Shown in pieces: positions 9,457 to 18,548 of a stretch of DNA of 64,000 nt. Position 1 is the first letter of the stretch. Each line of letters opens with the position of its first letter. Origin of the DNA: a virus; IMG/VR virus record IMGVR_UViG_3300030202_003733, positions 64,001 through 128,000 of that record, one strand, 5' to 3'. The notes beneath the pieces were generated by a model. It did not search any database, was not told where the DNA came from, and was given only the letters and a program-made list of their open reading frames with translations. The translations under genes and the position numbers were made by a program.

Positions 9457-12400
9457 TTAGTCCTCGAAAGCCGCGCCAGTTCTTGTAATCACAAAGTCGA
9501 TTGCGATAAACTCAATCGATCTCGCTGGCTTGAGGAAAATCTTAGCGTACAAGATATTGCGATCAACCAAGTCAGGAGTTGTGGTCGTCTCATCGAGGAC
9601 AACTTTAAACTCAGTCAGGCCAAGTCTTGATTTAACAGAACCAAGGAAAGGCTCAACTTGTGACTTAAATCTTTGCCACGTCGCTCTCACGTTCTGGTCG
9701 AACAGGATGCGCGAGGCAATGAACGAAATTCTCTTCTTGAGGAATATGAGAAGCCTACGAACATTGATTCTGTCAAGGGCCGAGGGCGTAACTTGAAGTG
9801 TCTTCTGTCCGAAGATGACTATTCCCTCATTCGGGAAAGAAGCAATCGGGTTAATATTAGCAGCATACAGCGTGTCCCGGTCCTTCTTGGTGAGCCTTTC
9901 AGTGACTCCAGTGACCGCAAGGCCAGCATTGCCTTCGGAAAGTCCGCCTCTTGTAAAGCCAGCAGGAGCGAACCAAAGCTCAGATTTAGCTTGCGATGAA
10001 CCAAACGTGCCCAGTGCTACCACAGAAGGTGGCACCCAAAGGATTGCGCCATTTAGTGAATCTCTCACCTGGACCCAAGGGTAATATGTGCAAGCATAGC
10101 TAGAATTAATATTTCTACTTTTGAGTTGCTTCGCAGCCGTGTCAACGTTGCCAACTCTGTTAGAGAAAGACTCGGTGCTTTCAGTTTTTGGTGTATAAAC
10201 ATCCTCGATGTCTATGACTGCCATCGCATCACCACGACTCTCAGCAGTTGAAATCATGAACTCAGTCAATTTCTGATTAGTGACGCCAGGAGCAGCGATC
10301 ATGTTACAATCAACAACTTCTGGATCTGCGACCGCCTTAATACCTCTCCTAACAGAGTAGTATGCATAATTATTCTGCTCAGTTGCGGCTGAGGTCATGA
10401 CGTGATTACCAAACGGCTCTTTTTCTGTGATGTCCAAGCCGTCGTATCCGCCATAGAATGGGCTAGTGAAGCTGTTATATCCAAGTTCAAGGATAGCCGA
10501 AGACGATCCGTGGACCTGCGACATTGCAACACCCCGCACGCGCGAGCCTGAAGCCCAGAATGCTTCAGCACCCGAGGATCCGGTAGTAACGTCGTCGAGC
10601 GAGAACACCCACTGGAACTCCAAGCCAGACTCCACATCCCAAGTGTTAGTGGCGCTCGGGAAGCCAATGTTTAAGGCATCAGGCTCCGGCATCGCTCTGA
10701 GGTAGTCTGGGTAGCCCTCGTCATAGGTGGTGCCAGTAGCGGTTCTAGTGGTTATAAGTCCAAAGTAAACGTCTCTTGGATCACTAACATCTGCCTGTGA
10801 CGCAGATTTGCGAAGTCTCGTTCCCGGATAGACAAACGACGCTGTATAGCTTGCTAAATCAGGACCACCGGGCGCGTTGGCAGCAGCAGCCAAAAACTGC
10901 TGCACTGCAAGGGAGTAGGTGCCATAACGACCAACATTGTCATCAGTTATAGCGCTGTTAACATTTGCTGCACCCGTAACCCAGACGTTTTCGTTGTTGG
11001 CCAAGGTTGAACCGTCGCCGGCCAAGCTTGGGTTGAGATCACGGGGGAATGCATTACCACTTTGCGCGACAAACCCTCTAAATCTTGGCGGGCCAAACAC
11101 GCCAAATGGGAGGTAACCTGAATCCGTAGAGCCAGCGTCAACGTCAGAATGCATTTCAATGCGGACATATCTAGACTGGTTGTCAAACTGCCCGTATTCC
11201 CTCAGTAAGCCAGTATTATCATCATAAGTCATGAATTTGTCGCCTATCTTCCGAGCGACATAGTTTACAGAGGAAGGATTTAAGTTGCAGTTTGTGTACT
11301 TTTCAACAATACTCTTAGAGCCGTCCGTGTCATTTGATCTTCTAAACTCCACCGAGAAAGTGCCGTAAGGATCACTTTGATTGGTTGACAGCTTGATGTC
11401 AGTGATAGAGATTTTTAAGTTGTTTTGAACCCATTCGCCGTGGTCTAAGCCGTGGAACTTAAACAGTCTCTGCATGCTTTCACAAGTATAAGACGCGTGA
11501 TTAGTTGTAAGATCCTGCGAGAAGAACCAACCGGTTTGACCATTTACATAGCCGGCTCTCATATCCGACCTGTTGCGAGTACCGGACAAAATAGGCGCTA
11601 TGAAAGCAAAAGTGTCGCCCGCTGTAGAGCCACTGGCGGCGAGGTTGTGACCCACGTTACCATAAGGGTCTTGGCTCGCGTCAAGCCAGCTCTCAAAAGT
11701 TTCACCAAGGAAATAGTAAGCAGAGCCAGTAGGTTTCATACCAGCAGTATCAGTAACACTAGTGTTATTGAGTACTGGGTTGGTGTTGAAGACTTTTCTA
11801 ATATATTTATCAGAGTTTCTGTCAAAGTTGAAATTAGTGGTATGAACAGCAGCGTCGTCAGGGGCTGATGTTCCGTCCTTAATAATCATTTTAAATTCCA
11901 TGCTTGGCCCAACAGATTTAACCAGAGCACATGTCCCAGTAATCGGAATATCGAGCTGTGTCGAGCCTGACTGTGGGGAATTACCGGAAAGCACAATGGC
12001 AGCACCCTGTGCGTGATTAAGGTAGAATATAGCAGCTAAACTTCCAGTATTGTCAGTGTTTTCAAAAGCATGCGCGTCAGCAGCTAAAACATCCACCCCA
12101 ACACCACCACCAGAGGGGATTAAGAAGAGTCCATATGCGCCACCGTTTGAAGACGTTGCAACAGCGTGGTTCAGTTCGGTGTCCCAGCCAGCCTGACCGG
12201 CGGCGGTGGCGTTCTGGTGGTCTGCACCGAGAAGCCTAACAACCGTAGCAGGCCCAACACCAGATCTTAACCAAGCAAAAGCAGCATATGCAGCATACGT
12301 CGGGCCCATGTGGTTGCCCTCACGCCAAACATCACCGCCGCGACCTCCGGGGATTGGGTTGCCGAAAGTCTCGACAAACTCAGAACGTGATTTGATTTTT

Positions 12401-12543
12401 ACGGGCCTTAAGCCGGGTCCTTGAGGAAGGCGGCCAATAATCGCCGGGCCACTATTAATTGGTTCAGCCGGAAGCTGTGAGTTGTCAATCTCCTGGATCG
12501 AAATCCCTGGGGAAACAAAATTGAATCTGCTGCTAATTGCCAT
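9457..12543 (-). CDS. gp18: Tail sheath protein (T4 gp18-like) with large insertions
   Basis: FVSPGISIQEID N-terminus; YYPWV, WFAPAGFTRG, RDTLYAANINPI, GQKTLQ...ALDRINVRRL, KPARSIEFIAIDF. Confidence 0.95.
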   Translation of the reverse strand: MAISSRFNFVSPGISIQEIDNSQLPAEPINSGPAIIGRLPQGPGLRPVKIKSRSEFVETFGNPIPGGRGGDVWREGNHMGPTYAAYAAFAWLRSGVGPATVVRLLGADHQNATAAGQAGWDTELNHAVATSSNGGAYGLFLIPSGGGVGVDVLAADAHAFENTDNTGSLAAIFYLNHAQGAAIVLSGNSPQSGSTQLDIPITGTCALVKSVGPSMEFKMIIKDGTSAPDDAAVHTTNFNFDRNSDKYIRKVFNTNPVLNNTSVTDTAGMKPTGSAYYFLGETFESWLDASQDPYGNVGHNLAASGSTAGDTFAFIAPILSGTRNRSDMRAGYVNGQTGWFFSQDLTTNHASYTCESMQRLFKFHGLDHGEWVQNNLKISITDIKLSTNQSDPYGTFSVEFRRSNDTDGSKSIVEKYTNCNLNPSSVNYVARKIGDKFMTYDDNTGLLREYGQFDNQSRYVRIEMHSDVDAGSTDSGYLPFGVFGPPRFRGFVAQSGNAFPRDLNPSLAGDGSTLANNENVWVTGAANVNSAITDDNVGRYGTYSLAVQQFLAAAANAPGGPDLASYTASFVYPGTRLRKSASQADVSDPRDVYFGLITTRTATGTTYDEGYPDYLRAMPEPDALNIGFPSATNTWDVESGLEFQWVFSLDDVTTGSSGAEAFWASGSRVRGVAMSQVHGSSSAILELGYNSFTSPFYGGYDGLDITEKEPFGNHVMTSAATEQNNYAYYSVRRGIKAVADPEVVDCNMIAAPGVTNQKLTEFMISTAESRGDAMAVIDIEDVYTPKTESTESFSNRVGNVDTAAKQLKSRNINSSYACTYYPWVQVRDSLNGAILWVPPSVVALGTFGSSQAKSELWFAPAGFTRGGLSEGNAGLAVTGVTERLTKKDRDTLYAANINPIASFPNEGIVIFGQKTLQVTPSALDRINVRRLLIFLKKRISFIASRILFDQNVRATWQRFKSQVEPFLGSVKSRLGLTEFKVVLDETTTTPDLVDRNILYAKIFLKPARSIEFIAIDFVITRTGAAFED

Positions 12544-12584
12544 TAGTATTATCTCCGAAAAAGCATATATAAAGTATACACAAA

Positions 12585-12592
12585 TAAATAGT
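12585..12592 (-). promoter_or_regulatory. Candidate late promoter ACTATTTA (sheath)
   Basis: Intergenic. Confidence 0.6.
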
Positions 12593-12615
12593 ATAGAAAA
12601 GGCTCAACGGACGAA

Positions 12616-13533
12616 TTACTCTCTATAAAATCCCTTGCCTATATACTTGCTAGTCACAAATTCATTTATATCACCCATCATAACTTTTTCTCTAGGCATC
12701 TTAACTTCTACCGCGTTTTCCCTCACAGTTATTTTGGGTCGTTCCGCGTTTGTGTCCTGACCTATCAGATAGCCAATGATTTTAACGTTAACTGTGGTGG
12801 CATAAACTCTCTCTTCCTCGCCAAGATTTTTTACATTATACTTCTGCCCAAAGTCATTTTGGATGAAGCCTTCGAATTTATGCCCCTCCTCCGTAATAAA
12901 GAAGTTATTTATCTGACCGGTCTTGGTTATGAATGGTGTAAATATTTCGTTCGCTTGCTGTTGGTACTCGGCTTGTATGTGTACTTCGTAGTTTGCCACG
13001 ACATAGGTTGGTATTGGCATGCTCACTGTTTCATAGACTATTTTTTTGTTATCATATGGGAAGTTATGCTGTCCAACACCAACTGATTGTCCGCTCATAC
13101 CCCCTTTGAGCCTAAACGAATCAGCGTTAGCAAAGTTTGCAGTTTTGTCCTGCTTGATCCGCCTAGCCACAGTTATGGCTCCGCCTTTCTCATCATTGTA
13201 CTCTGGGATATGTGCCCACGCGACACCCTTCATCTGTGGGTCTTTGATCAAAGAGGTTCTTTCGACGGTCATTAGGGGCAATCTTAAGACACCGGCGTCG
13301 TCCCGAAGCTCTTTATTATTTTTTATCTGAAACGCTCTCTCGGCAGAGACCCATAAAACAGGAACCTTATCCCAACCTTTATTTGTTGTTGAGTGGATGT
13401 TTAAAGTCCCGTCAACCCAGCTAAAAAAAGCCTTATCTATTGTCTCTATGGTAGATGGCATGATTGCTATCTCGCCTAGTACTCCATCTGCGTTGTTTAC
13501 TTCGGTGTAATCTCTTCTGTATCTACGTGGCAT
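12616..13533 (-). CDS. Tail terminator / sheath stabiliser (gp15-like)
   Basis: RLPLMTVERTS motif; between neck genes and sheath. Confidence 0.65.
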   Translation of the reverse strand: MPRRYRRDYTEVNNADGVLGEIAIMPSTIETIDKAFFSWVDGTLNIHSTTNKGWDKVPVLWVSAERAFQIKNNKELRDDAGVLRLPLMTVERTSLIKDPQMKGVAWAHIPEYNDEKGGAITVARRIKQDKTANFANADSFRLKGGMSGQSVGVGQHNFPYDNKKIVYETVSMPIPTYVVANYEVHIQAEYQQQANEIFTPFITKTGQINNFFITEEGHKFEGFIQNDFGQKYNVKNLGEEERVYATTVNVKIIGYLIGQDTNAERPKITVRENAVEVKMPREKVMMGDINEFVTSKYIGKGFYRE

Positions 13534-14011
13534 CGAACAGTCCCTCCCGTGCTCTTATACACTTCGCTGATATTTCCAATTTGTGATCCACCTGACCAAA
13601 CAACCTTTTGGGTTCAGACAGCGTGACGATCTCATAATACAAATCGCCATAATACACAAAGTCACCCTCTCGGACAAACAAGTCTTGATCTTCGGTCAAC
13701 CTTCTTTTATGGAAATGAATATTAATTGATGACTCTTTGTCCAGACCTATAGAGTCATTATATTTAGTTTTGTACCCCTCCCACGCTATAAGAGCCTGGA
13801 CTCTGATGGGCGGCAGGAACGTTTTGGTTATAGCCTCGCCGTATAAGTCGTGAAAATTAGTTCTAGAGATATCAATGGGATAGTATATGACAGTCTGGCC
13901 TATAACCCTTTCGATAAGCTCATCATTAACTTGTTTTACAAGGTCTCTCTCCTTCTTACCAGTGAACAAGGGAGGGGGCGGTGCTTCAGGCTGTGACCAT
14001 TCATTACCCAT
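13523..14011 (-). CDS. Neck / head-closure protein (gp14-like)
   Basis: GQTVIYYP, FHDLYGEA...F, REGDFVYY...YYEIV. Confidence 0.75.
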   Translation of the reverse strand: MGNEWSQPEAPPPPLFTGKKERDLVKQVNDELIERVIGQTVIYYPIDISRTNFHDLYGEAITKTFLPPIRVQALIAWEGYKTKYNDSIGLDKESSINIHFHKRRLTEDQDLFVREGDFVYYGDLYYEIVTLSEPKRLFGQVDHKLEISAKCIRAREGLFDAT

Positions 14012-14017
14012 AACTTA

Positions 14018-15361
14018 TCACCCCACAAAGACAGGAAGGGGAATATCTTTCTGCATACTTTTTATAGAGTCTAACATCTCGGAGTCTGTTTTCATAGCAG
14101 CGGCATATGTGAGTTGGTCCAGTATACCGGTTAACTCATCTTTGAGAGCCTTCTTTTCTGTGCTAGCCTCCGTGAGAAGTGCCGTGCCGTTCAATGTGAC
14201 AGACTCCCCAGGAATAGGAATTGTGCCAAACTTGCTTCTTATTTGCCCAAGAGTCTCTTTTGATAGAGCAAGAGCATACTTTCTTATCCATTGTTTACCT
14301 ATTGAGTTAATGCTGTTGAACGGTATATTTTCAAATGGTATGGTGTTTAGGTTGTTTACTCCGTCAATGCCTGTCTTTCTTATACCAGAGTCCTCTTCAT
14401 CCCACGAGTCTCTATCGACAGTGAACTCAACCCACATATTTTTGATCAGTTCACCCTCCGGGGTGGGATACAGCTTTAGGTTATTATTGTGTATCTCATA
14501 GGAGTAGTGGGATATTCTGGTGTATATGTGGTCCTCATAGGCCATAGCTTGAAGCTTGTTTTGCCAAGTTGGTATTACTTCAAAAGTAGAGTCATCTGAA
14601 AATTGACCATACGTAGACATGTTTCCTACAACATTTAACCCACCATAATAGCCAAAAAATCTCCACATTGCTTGGGGGGTCTTGTAATAGACTCTCCTAA
14701 TTTTAACCTTGTCGCCCCCGATCTTCCCAGAATACGGAACAGGGTCATCGTTGGCCGCATCCGAATTATTGACCGCAGATGATGAAATAATGTTCTGCAA
14801 GTCGTAAATTTGCTGGTCAGACACAACATCAAAGGACGCTGAGTATGTTGTTTGTGTCCCGCCAAAACCTGCTTCTTCAGAAACTCCTTCCGCCACTCTT
14901 GTGGCATATGTAAATTTAAATCTTGGGTACTTTAAAGCAATATTCTTACCATATAGCGACTCACCCGAGCCCGATATGGTTCCATCATGATCAAAAGTGC
15001 CGGTTGCGGCACCGAGGACCTTCGTAAGAGTGTTTTTAGACTGGTGCAAGTTGATTATGTAGGAATATTCCATGACGGCGTTTTCATAGGACGTATAAAC
15101 ACTTGCAACGCTCAATTCTATATCTAAAACATCCCCACCAAGTGCTTTGTGAGTATAAGAAACCTGATCAGAGGCCCCAGACACAAAGTTTCTATCAAAA
15201 AAGTTGTTAGTTCCGCCAAAATCGTCGGCTGTCTTTACATATAGCCCAATCGGGTAGTTGCTGGAGTTGCCGGCACCGTCGTTGGTGGTAGCAACACTAC
15301 CCGTAGAGGGTAATATTGACTTGCTGGTTTGACTAGTTGGTAGAAGATTGGGTTTTGCCAT
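14018..15361 (-). CDS. Neck / head-tail adaptor (gp13-like)
   Basis: ALGGDVLDIEL, WIRKYALALSKETLGQIRSKF...IPGESVTLNGTALL. Confidence 0.85.
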   Translation of the reverse strand: MAKPNLLPTSQTSKSILPSTGSVATTNDGAGNSSNYPIGLYVKTADDFGGTNNFFDRNFVSGASDQVSYTHKALGGDVLDIELSVASVYTSYENAVMEYSYIINLHQSKNTLTKVLGAATGTFDHDGTISGSGESLYGKNIALKYPRFKFTYATRVAEGVSEEAGFGGTQTTYSASFDVVSDQQIYDLQNIISSSAVNNSDAANDDPVPYSGKIGGDKVKIRRVYYKTPQAMWRFFGYYGGLNVVGNMSTYGQFSDDSTFEVIPTWQNKLQAMAYEDHIYTRISHYSYEIHNNNLKLYPTPEGELIKNMWVEFTVDRDSWDEEDSGIRKTGIDGVNNLNTIPFENIPFNSINSIGKQWIRKYALALSKETLGQIRSKFGTIPIPGESVTLNGTALLTEASTEKKALKDELTGILDQLTYAAAMKTDSEMLDSIKSMQKDIPLPVFVG

Positions 15362-15385
15362 GTATACAAGTTCCTTATAACATAG

Positions 15386-15393
15386 TAATTAGT
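15386..15393 (-). promoter_or_regulatory. Candidate late promoter ACTAATTA (neck)
   Basis: Intergenic. Confidence 0.6.
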
Positions 15394-15429
15394 TACGGAT
15401 AAGCAAAACCCCCCGACATTAGAAGCATA

Positions 15430-15768
15430 TTACTTCTTAGTTGTTGATTTGCGGCGCTTCCTTGTCGGGGCTTTTGCTTTGGTTGTCGTTTTTTTGCTGG
15501 CTGCCCTTGCTTTTGGTTTTGCAACCTTTTTAGGTTCAGGCACCTTTTCGACTGCCGGCTCTGGGGCTTCCGCCTGTACGGCGGGCTCTTCTGCTAGTTC
15601 TTCTGCTACAGCATCAAGGATAGGTGTTGCGGGTTCAATCTCTGCCTCTGCCGCAGCAGCCTCAAGCTCTTCCGCTGTTGGTTCCTTGTTCGTAAATAGA
15701 TGTGGAAATCTCATTTTTCTTACACTAGCAAACTTTGGGTTGCTTAAAATTCTTCTTTTCTTGCCCAT
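15430..15768 (-). CDS. Low-complexity Glu/Ala/Pro then Lys-rich protein
   Basis: Start revised to ATG 15768 (GGAGG SD, motif at 15789-15796); track start lies within a terminator hairpin. Confidence 0.6.
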   Translation of the reverse strand: MGKKRRILSNPKFASVRKMRFPHLFTNKEPTAEELEAAAAEAEIEPATPILDAVAEELAEEPAVQAEAPEPAVEKVPEPKKVAKPKARAASKKTTTKAKAPTRKRRKSTTKK

Positions 15769-15788
15769 TTTTCCTCCAATGGATATAA

Positions 15789-15796
15789 TAATTAGT
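15789..15796 (-). promoter_or_regulatory. Candidate late promoter ACTAATTA
   Basis: Directly after a terminator, 20 nt before ATG 15768. Confidence 0.6.
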
Positions 15797-15802
15797 CTAT
15801 AA

Positions 15803-15839
15803 ATAAAAGAAACCCCCAACCAATTGGAAGGGGGTTTTT
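15803..15839 (-). terminator. Rho-independent terminator
   Basis: AAACCCCC...GGGGGTTT stem followed by CTTTTATTT, downstream of ORF ending 15871. Confidence 0.7.
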
Positions 15840-15870
15840 CAAACGCCAAATTGCTGAATTTGTATTTAAA

Positions 15871-16383
15871 TCAGGAACCCACCATGATTGTGGAACCATC
15901 TTGATGATCGGAGTCGGCGATACATACATAATTCGTGCCATCACAAAAGATTCGTACCCTTGAACCAACAGGCGCGACTGCGCCTGCACTCGAATCAAAC
16001 GTAAGAGTGGTAAAGGTATTTGTCGTGTGGCGCTGTGCAGCACCTGACGCTGTGAAGTCCCTGGCCGACACAATCATATTATCGCCGGGAGCGGTGATAA
16101 TAAGATCTCGTGCGGCTGAACCAGCTACAACTGTGACGATAACTTCAATATTAAACCCAGCGGTCAGGGCTGGCAGCGTCATAGTGTGAGAGCCGGACGC
16201 CAGAGAGACGAAAAAAACACCTCCGGAATCAGCGGCTGTGAGCGTGGTAGAGCCGCCGGCACCTGTTACAGTTGTCGTCTTCTTTAAATGTCCGACGATA
16301 GTTGATCCTCCCAGACCAATCTCTCTCTTCAAATTTTCCATTAATGCCTCAATTCTCGCGAGGCCTATTCTTTTACTTCCCAT
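15871..16383 (-). CDS. Probable head decoration/fibre protein
   Basis: Immediately downstream of MCP; Thr/Gly-rich beta sequence (TTLTAADSGGVFFV...TLPALTAG). Confidence 0.55.
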   Translation of the reverse strand: MGSKRIGLARIEALMENLKREIGLGGSTIVGHLKKTTTVTGAGGSTTLTAADSGGVFFVSLASGSHTMTLPALTAGFNIEVIVTVVAGSAARDLIITAPGDNMIVSARDFTASGAAQRHTTNTFTTLTFDSSAGAVAPVGSRVRIFCDGTNYVCIADSDHQDGSTIMVGS

Positions 16384-16478
16384 GTTAAAAACCCTCCTTT
16401 TATAATCGTGTCACCGCAAAATTGCGGCTGTGCCTTCAAGCACATAATAACTTAGGATGAATCTTGATGATTCACCAG

Positions 16479-16486
16479 TAAATAGT
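16479..16486 (-). promoter_or_regulatory. Candidate late promoter ACTATTTA
   Basis: Directly downstream of the MCP terminator. Confidence 0.6.
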
Positions 16487-16521
16487 TTATGGTAAAACCT
16501 TAAGCATATATATGTTACAAT

Positions 16522-16552
16522 AAAAAAGCCCGCTCTCCGAAGAGAGCGGGCT
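16522..16552 (-). terminator. Rho-independent terminator after major capsid gene
   Basis: AGCCCGCTCTC-TTCG-GAGAGCGGGCT stem, UUCG loop, then TTTTT. Confidence 0.92.
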
Positions 16553-16575
16553 GAGTGATTAGCTAAGCTTAATTA

Positions 16576-18522
16576 TTAAGCAGTAGCGCCAGCCTCACCA
16601 AGCAGACCACGACAGATCACAAGGCCATACATGTCCGGACGAACCATTTTCTTGGCGTACCGGGTCATGACACCCTTGCGGGGCACGAAGTCCTCGACAC
16701 CGAAGATGGTGGGAGTCGTCTGAAGCGGCACATACGGAGCGTACACGTAGCCAGACTCAAGGAAGCTGCCTCCACGGCGGCCAACCAGAATGACGTTTCT
16801 CGGGAAGTAGGGATCAACGTAAACGTCGAACTTCTTCGAGAGTGAGCCAGTGTTGACAGCACCAATGGTGCCCTTGTCCTTATCGGCAGTCACGTTGGCA
16901 CGGAAACCAGCGGTGAACTCAAGGATGTTGGCAACCTCGGGGCCACAGACCACGAAGTTAGCACCACCACGCAGAGTCTTGCGATGGATCTGAGCCGACA
17001 CGTCATTAATCGTCTCGATCAGAGTCTCATACCATTCGCTAACCGTACCGGTGAAGTCAGGAGCAGCCGAAGATGCACCAATTTCTTGACCAGTTGTACG
17101 GTTCACAAAGAGACCTGGCGAACGCGACCAATAGAGCGTTCCAGCAGTTGCGCCGTTGATAAGGTCAGCAATGATCTCACGATCGATTTCAAGAGCAATC
17201 TGCTCAGAGAGAATCGAAGTAAGTTCAACCTCAGCATCCAAGTTATGGTATGCGTTGAGGTCCTGACCAAGCTCGGGCGACCACTTAGCCTTCAGCTTCT
17301 TGGTACGAGCGGTGACAGCCACCGAATCGACCTTGATGTCGATCTCAGGGATGGTAGCCTCGGCTTCAAGAGCCCAGTCTGCCCGACCACGAATCGATCC
17401 AAGAGCCCCTTCAGTCGCGAAGTCATCAGAGACGGGGTAAAGCACCTTGGTCATCCCATCGGTATTGCCAAGGTTAGCAAACGACTCAGAAACACCAACG
17501 GAAGCGTTAGCGGCTGTCTCAGAAAGGCCACCCTTCAGAACGAACATGATGTGCGTCTTGGGATTGCCAGCCTTCCAAACACCGTTATTAGCGGCAGAAC
17601 CCGACCACTGGGTCAGTCTGCGGAGCTGAAGAACTTCGGTGTCGTCGCCTCTATTGGCGAATTGACCAAATGGTGCATTGGCAGACTTATCAAAAGCGTC
17701 ACCGCCAGAGAGAATAAGTGAAACCAAGTTATCATTTGTTGCAGAACCAGAATCAAACTGATCCAAGTTCGATGCAGCCACCTTAAAGATGGCGAAAGCA
17801 GAACCCTGCTGTCCGGCACTAGCCGAAGTGAACGCCGGGTCATGACGCAGAATGGAGTGAATTGCATCATTCACAACAGTGCCGCGAGCAAAAGTGGTAG
17901 CACCACCAACCTCAGCACCATCAACGTCCACAACCTTCACAACACCACCAAAGTTACCAGAGGCAACACAAGAGTAGCCAGTGGACAGAACGTGGGCAGC
18001 AGCAATTGTGCCTGGCTGGAAACTGCCAGTAGCAGAAGCATAACCATTGCTCAAGCTGTAGAAACCAAGCTCTTCATTGCGGCCATCGAGGCTCACACCA
18101 CCAGTAAGCTGCGAGGCAACAACCCCACCGCCGTACAATGACTCATCTTGCACTGCGTGCAGGCGAGGCATCGAAGATCCATCCGCACTGTACACAAAAT
18201 CCAAGAAGAAAATGAGTCCAGCAGGAAGGCTCATTGGCTGAACACTAACAAGATCGTTAGCAATCAAACCGGCAAACACGCGACGAACGATGGGGAATGC
18301 TACGGAAGCAAATCCTTCAACGTCACCTGCCTGCATTGTCGAAGCTTCACGCAGAAGCTCCTTGGCCTGGTTTTCCAGCAAGCGGGCCATGCTTGCTCTT
18401 TGTCTTTCATCGCCGAGTCCTTCCAAAAGTCCGGTTTTCTCCCACTTTCCAAGCAGAGCGGAACCTTCCTTAGCAAGGTCGCGATTGACAATACCTTCTG
18501 TAAGTTTATCTAAAACAGACAT
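16576..18522 (-). CDS. gp23: Major capsid protein (T4 gp23-like)
   Basis: VSVQPMSLPAGLIFFLDF, RTKKLKAKWSPELGQDLNAYH, EIDREI, YAPYVPL, GVMTRY; strong AAGGAGG SD. Confidence 0.97.
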   Translation of the reverse strand: MSVLDKLTEGIVNRDLAKEGSALLGKWEKTGLLEGLGDERQRASMARLLENQAKELLREASTMQAGDVEGFASVAFPIVRRVFAGLIANDLVSVQPMSLPAGLIFFLDFVYSADGSSMPRLHAVQDESLYGGGVVASQLTGGVSLDGRNEELGFYSLSNGYASATGSFQPGTIAAAHVLSTGYSCVASGNFGGVVKVVDVDGAEVGGATTFARGTVVNDAIHSILRHDPAFTSASAGQQGSAFAIFKVAASNLDQFDSGSATNDNLVSLILSGGDAFDKSANAPFGQFANRGDDTEVLQLRRLTQWSGSAANNGVWKAGNPKTHIMFVLKGGLSETAANASVGVSESFANLGNTDGMTKVLYPVSDDFATEGALGSIRGRADWALEAEATIPEIDIKVDSVAVTARTKKLKAKWSPELGQDLNAYHNLDAEVELTSILSEQIALEIDREIIADLINGATAGTLYWSRSPGLFVNRTTGQEIGASSAAPDFTGTVSEWYETLIETINDVSAQIHRKTLRGGANFVVCGPEVANILEFTAGFRANVTADKDKGTIGAVNTGSLSKKFDVYVDPYFPRNVILVGRRGGSFLESGYVYAPYVPLQTTPTIFGVEDFVPRKGVMTRYAKKMVRPDMYGLVICRGLLGEAGATA

Positions 18523-18548
18523 ATTATTAATCCTCCTTATAGGCTAGT

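Noticed and set aside
4109-14011. Extracellular contractile injection system or tailocin
   Set aside because: Capsid, portal, terminase, protease and primase are present, so this is a complete phage
15769-15849. Track start MAFEKPP for the 15430 ORF
   Set aside because: It runs through a terminator hairpin and a promoter motif; ATG 15768 has a GGAGG SD
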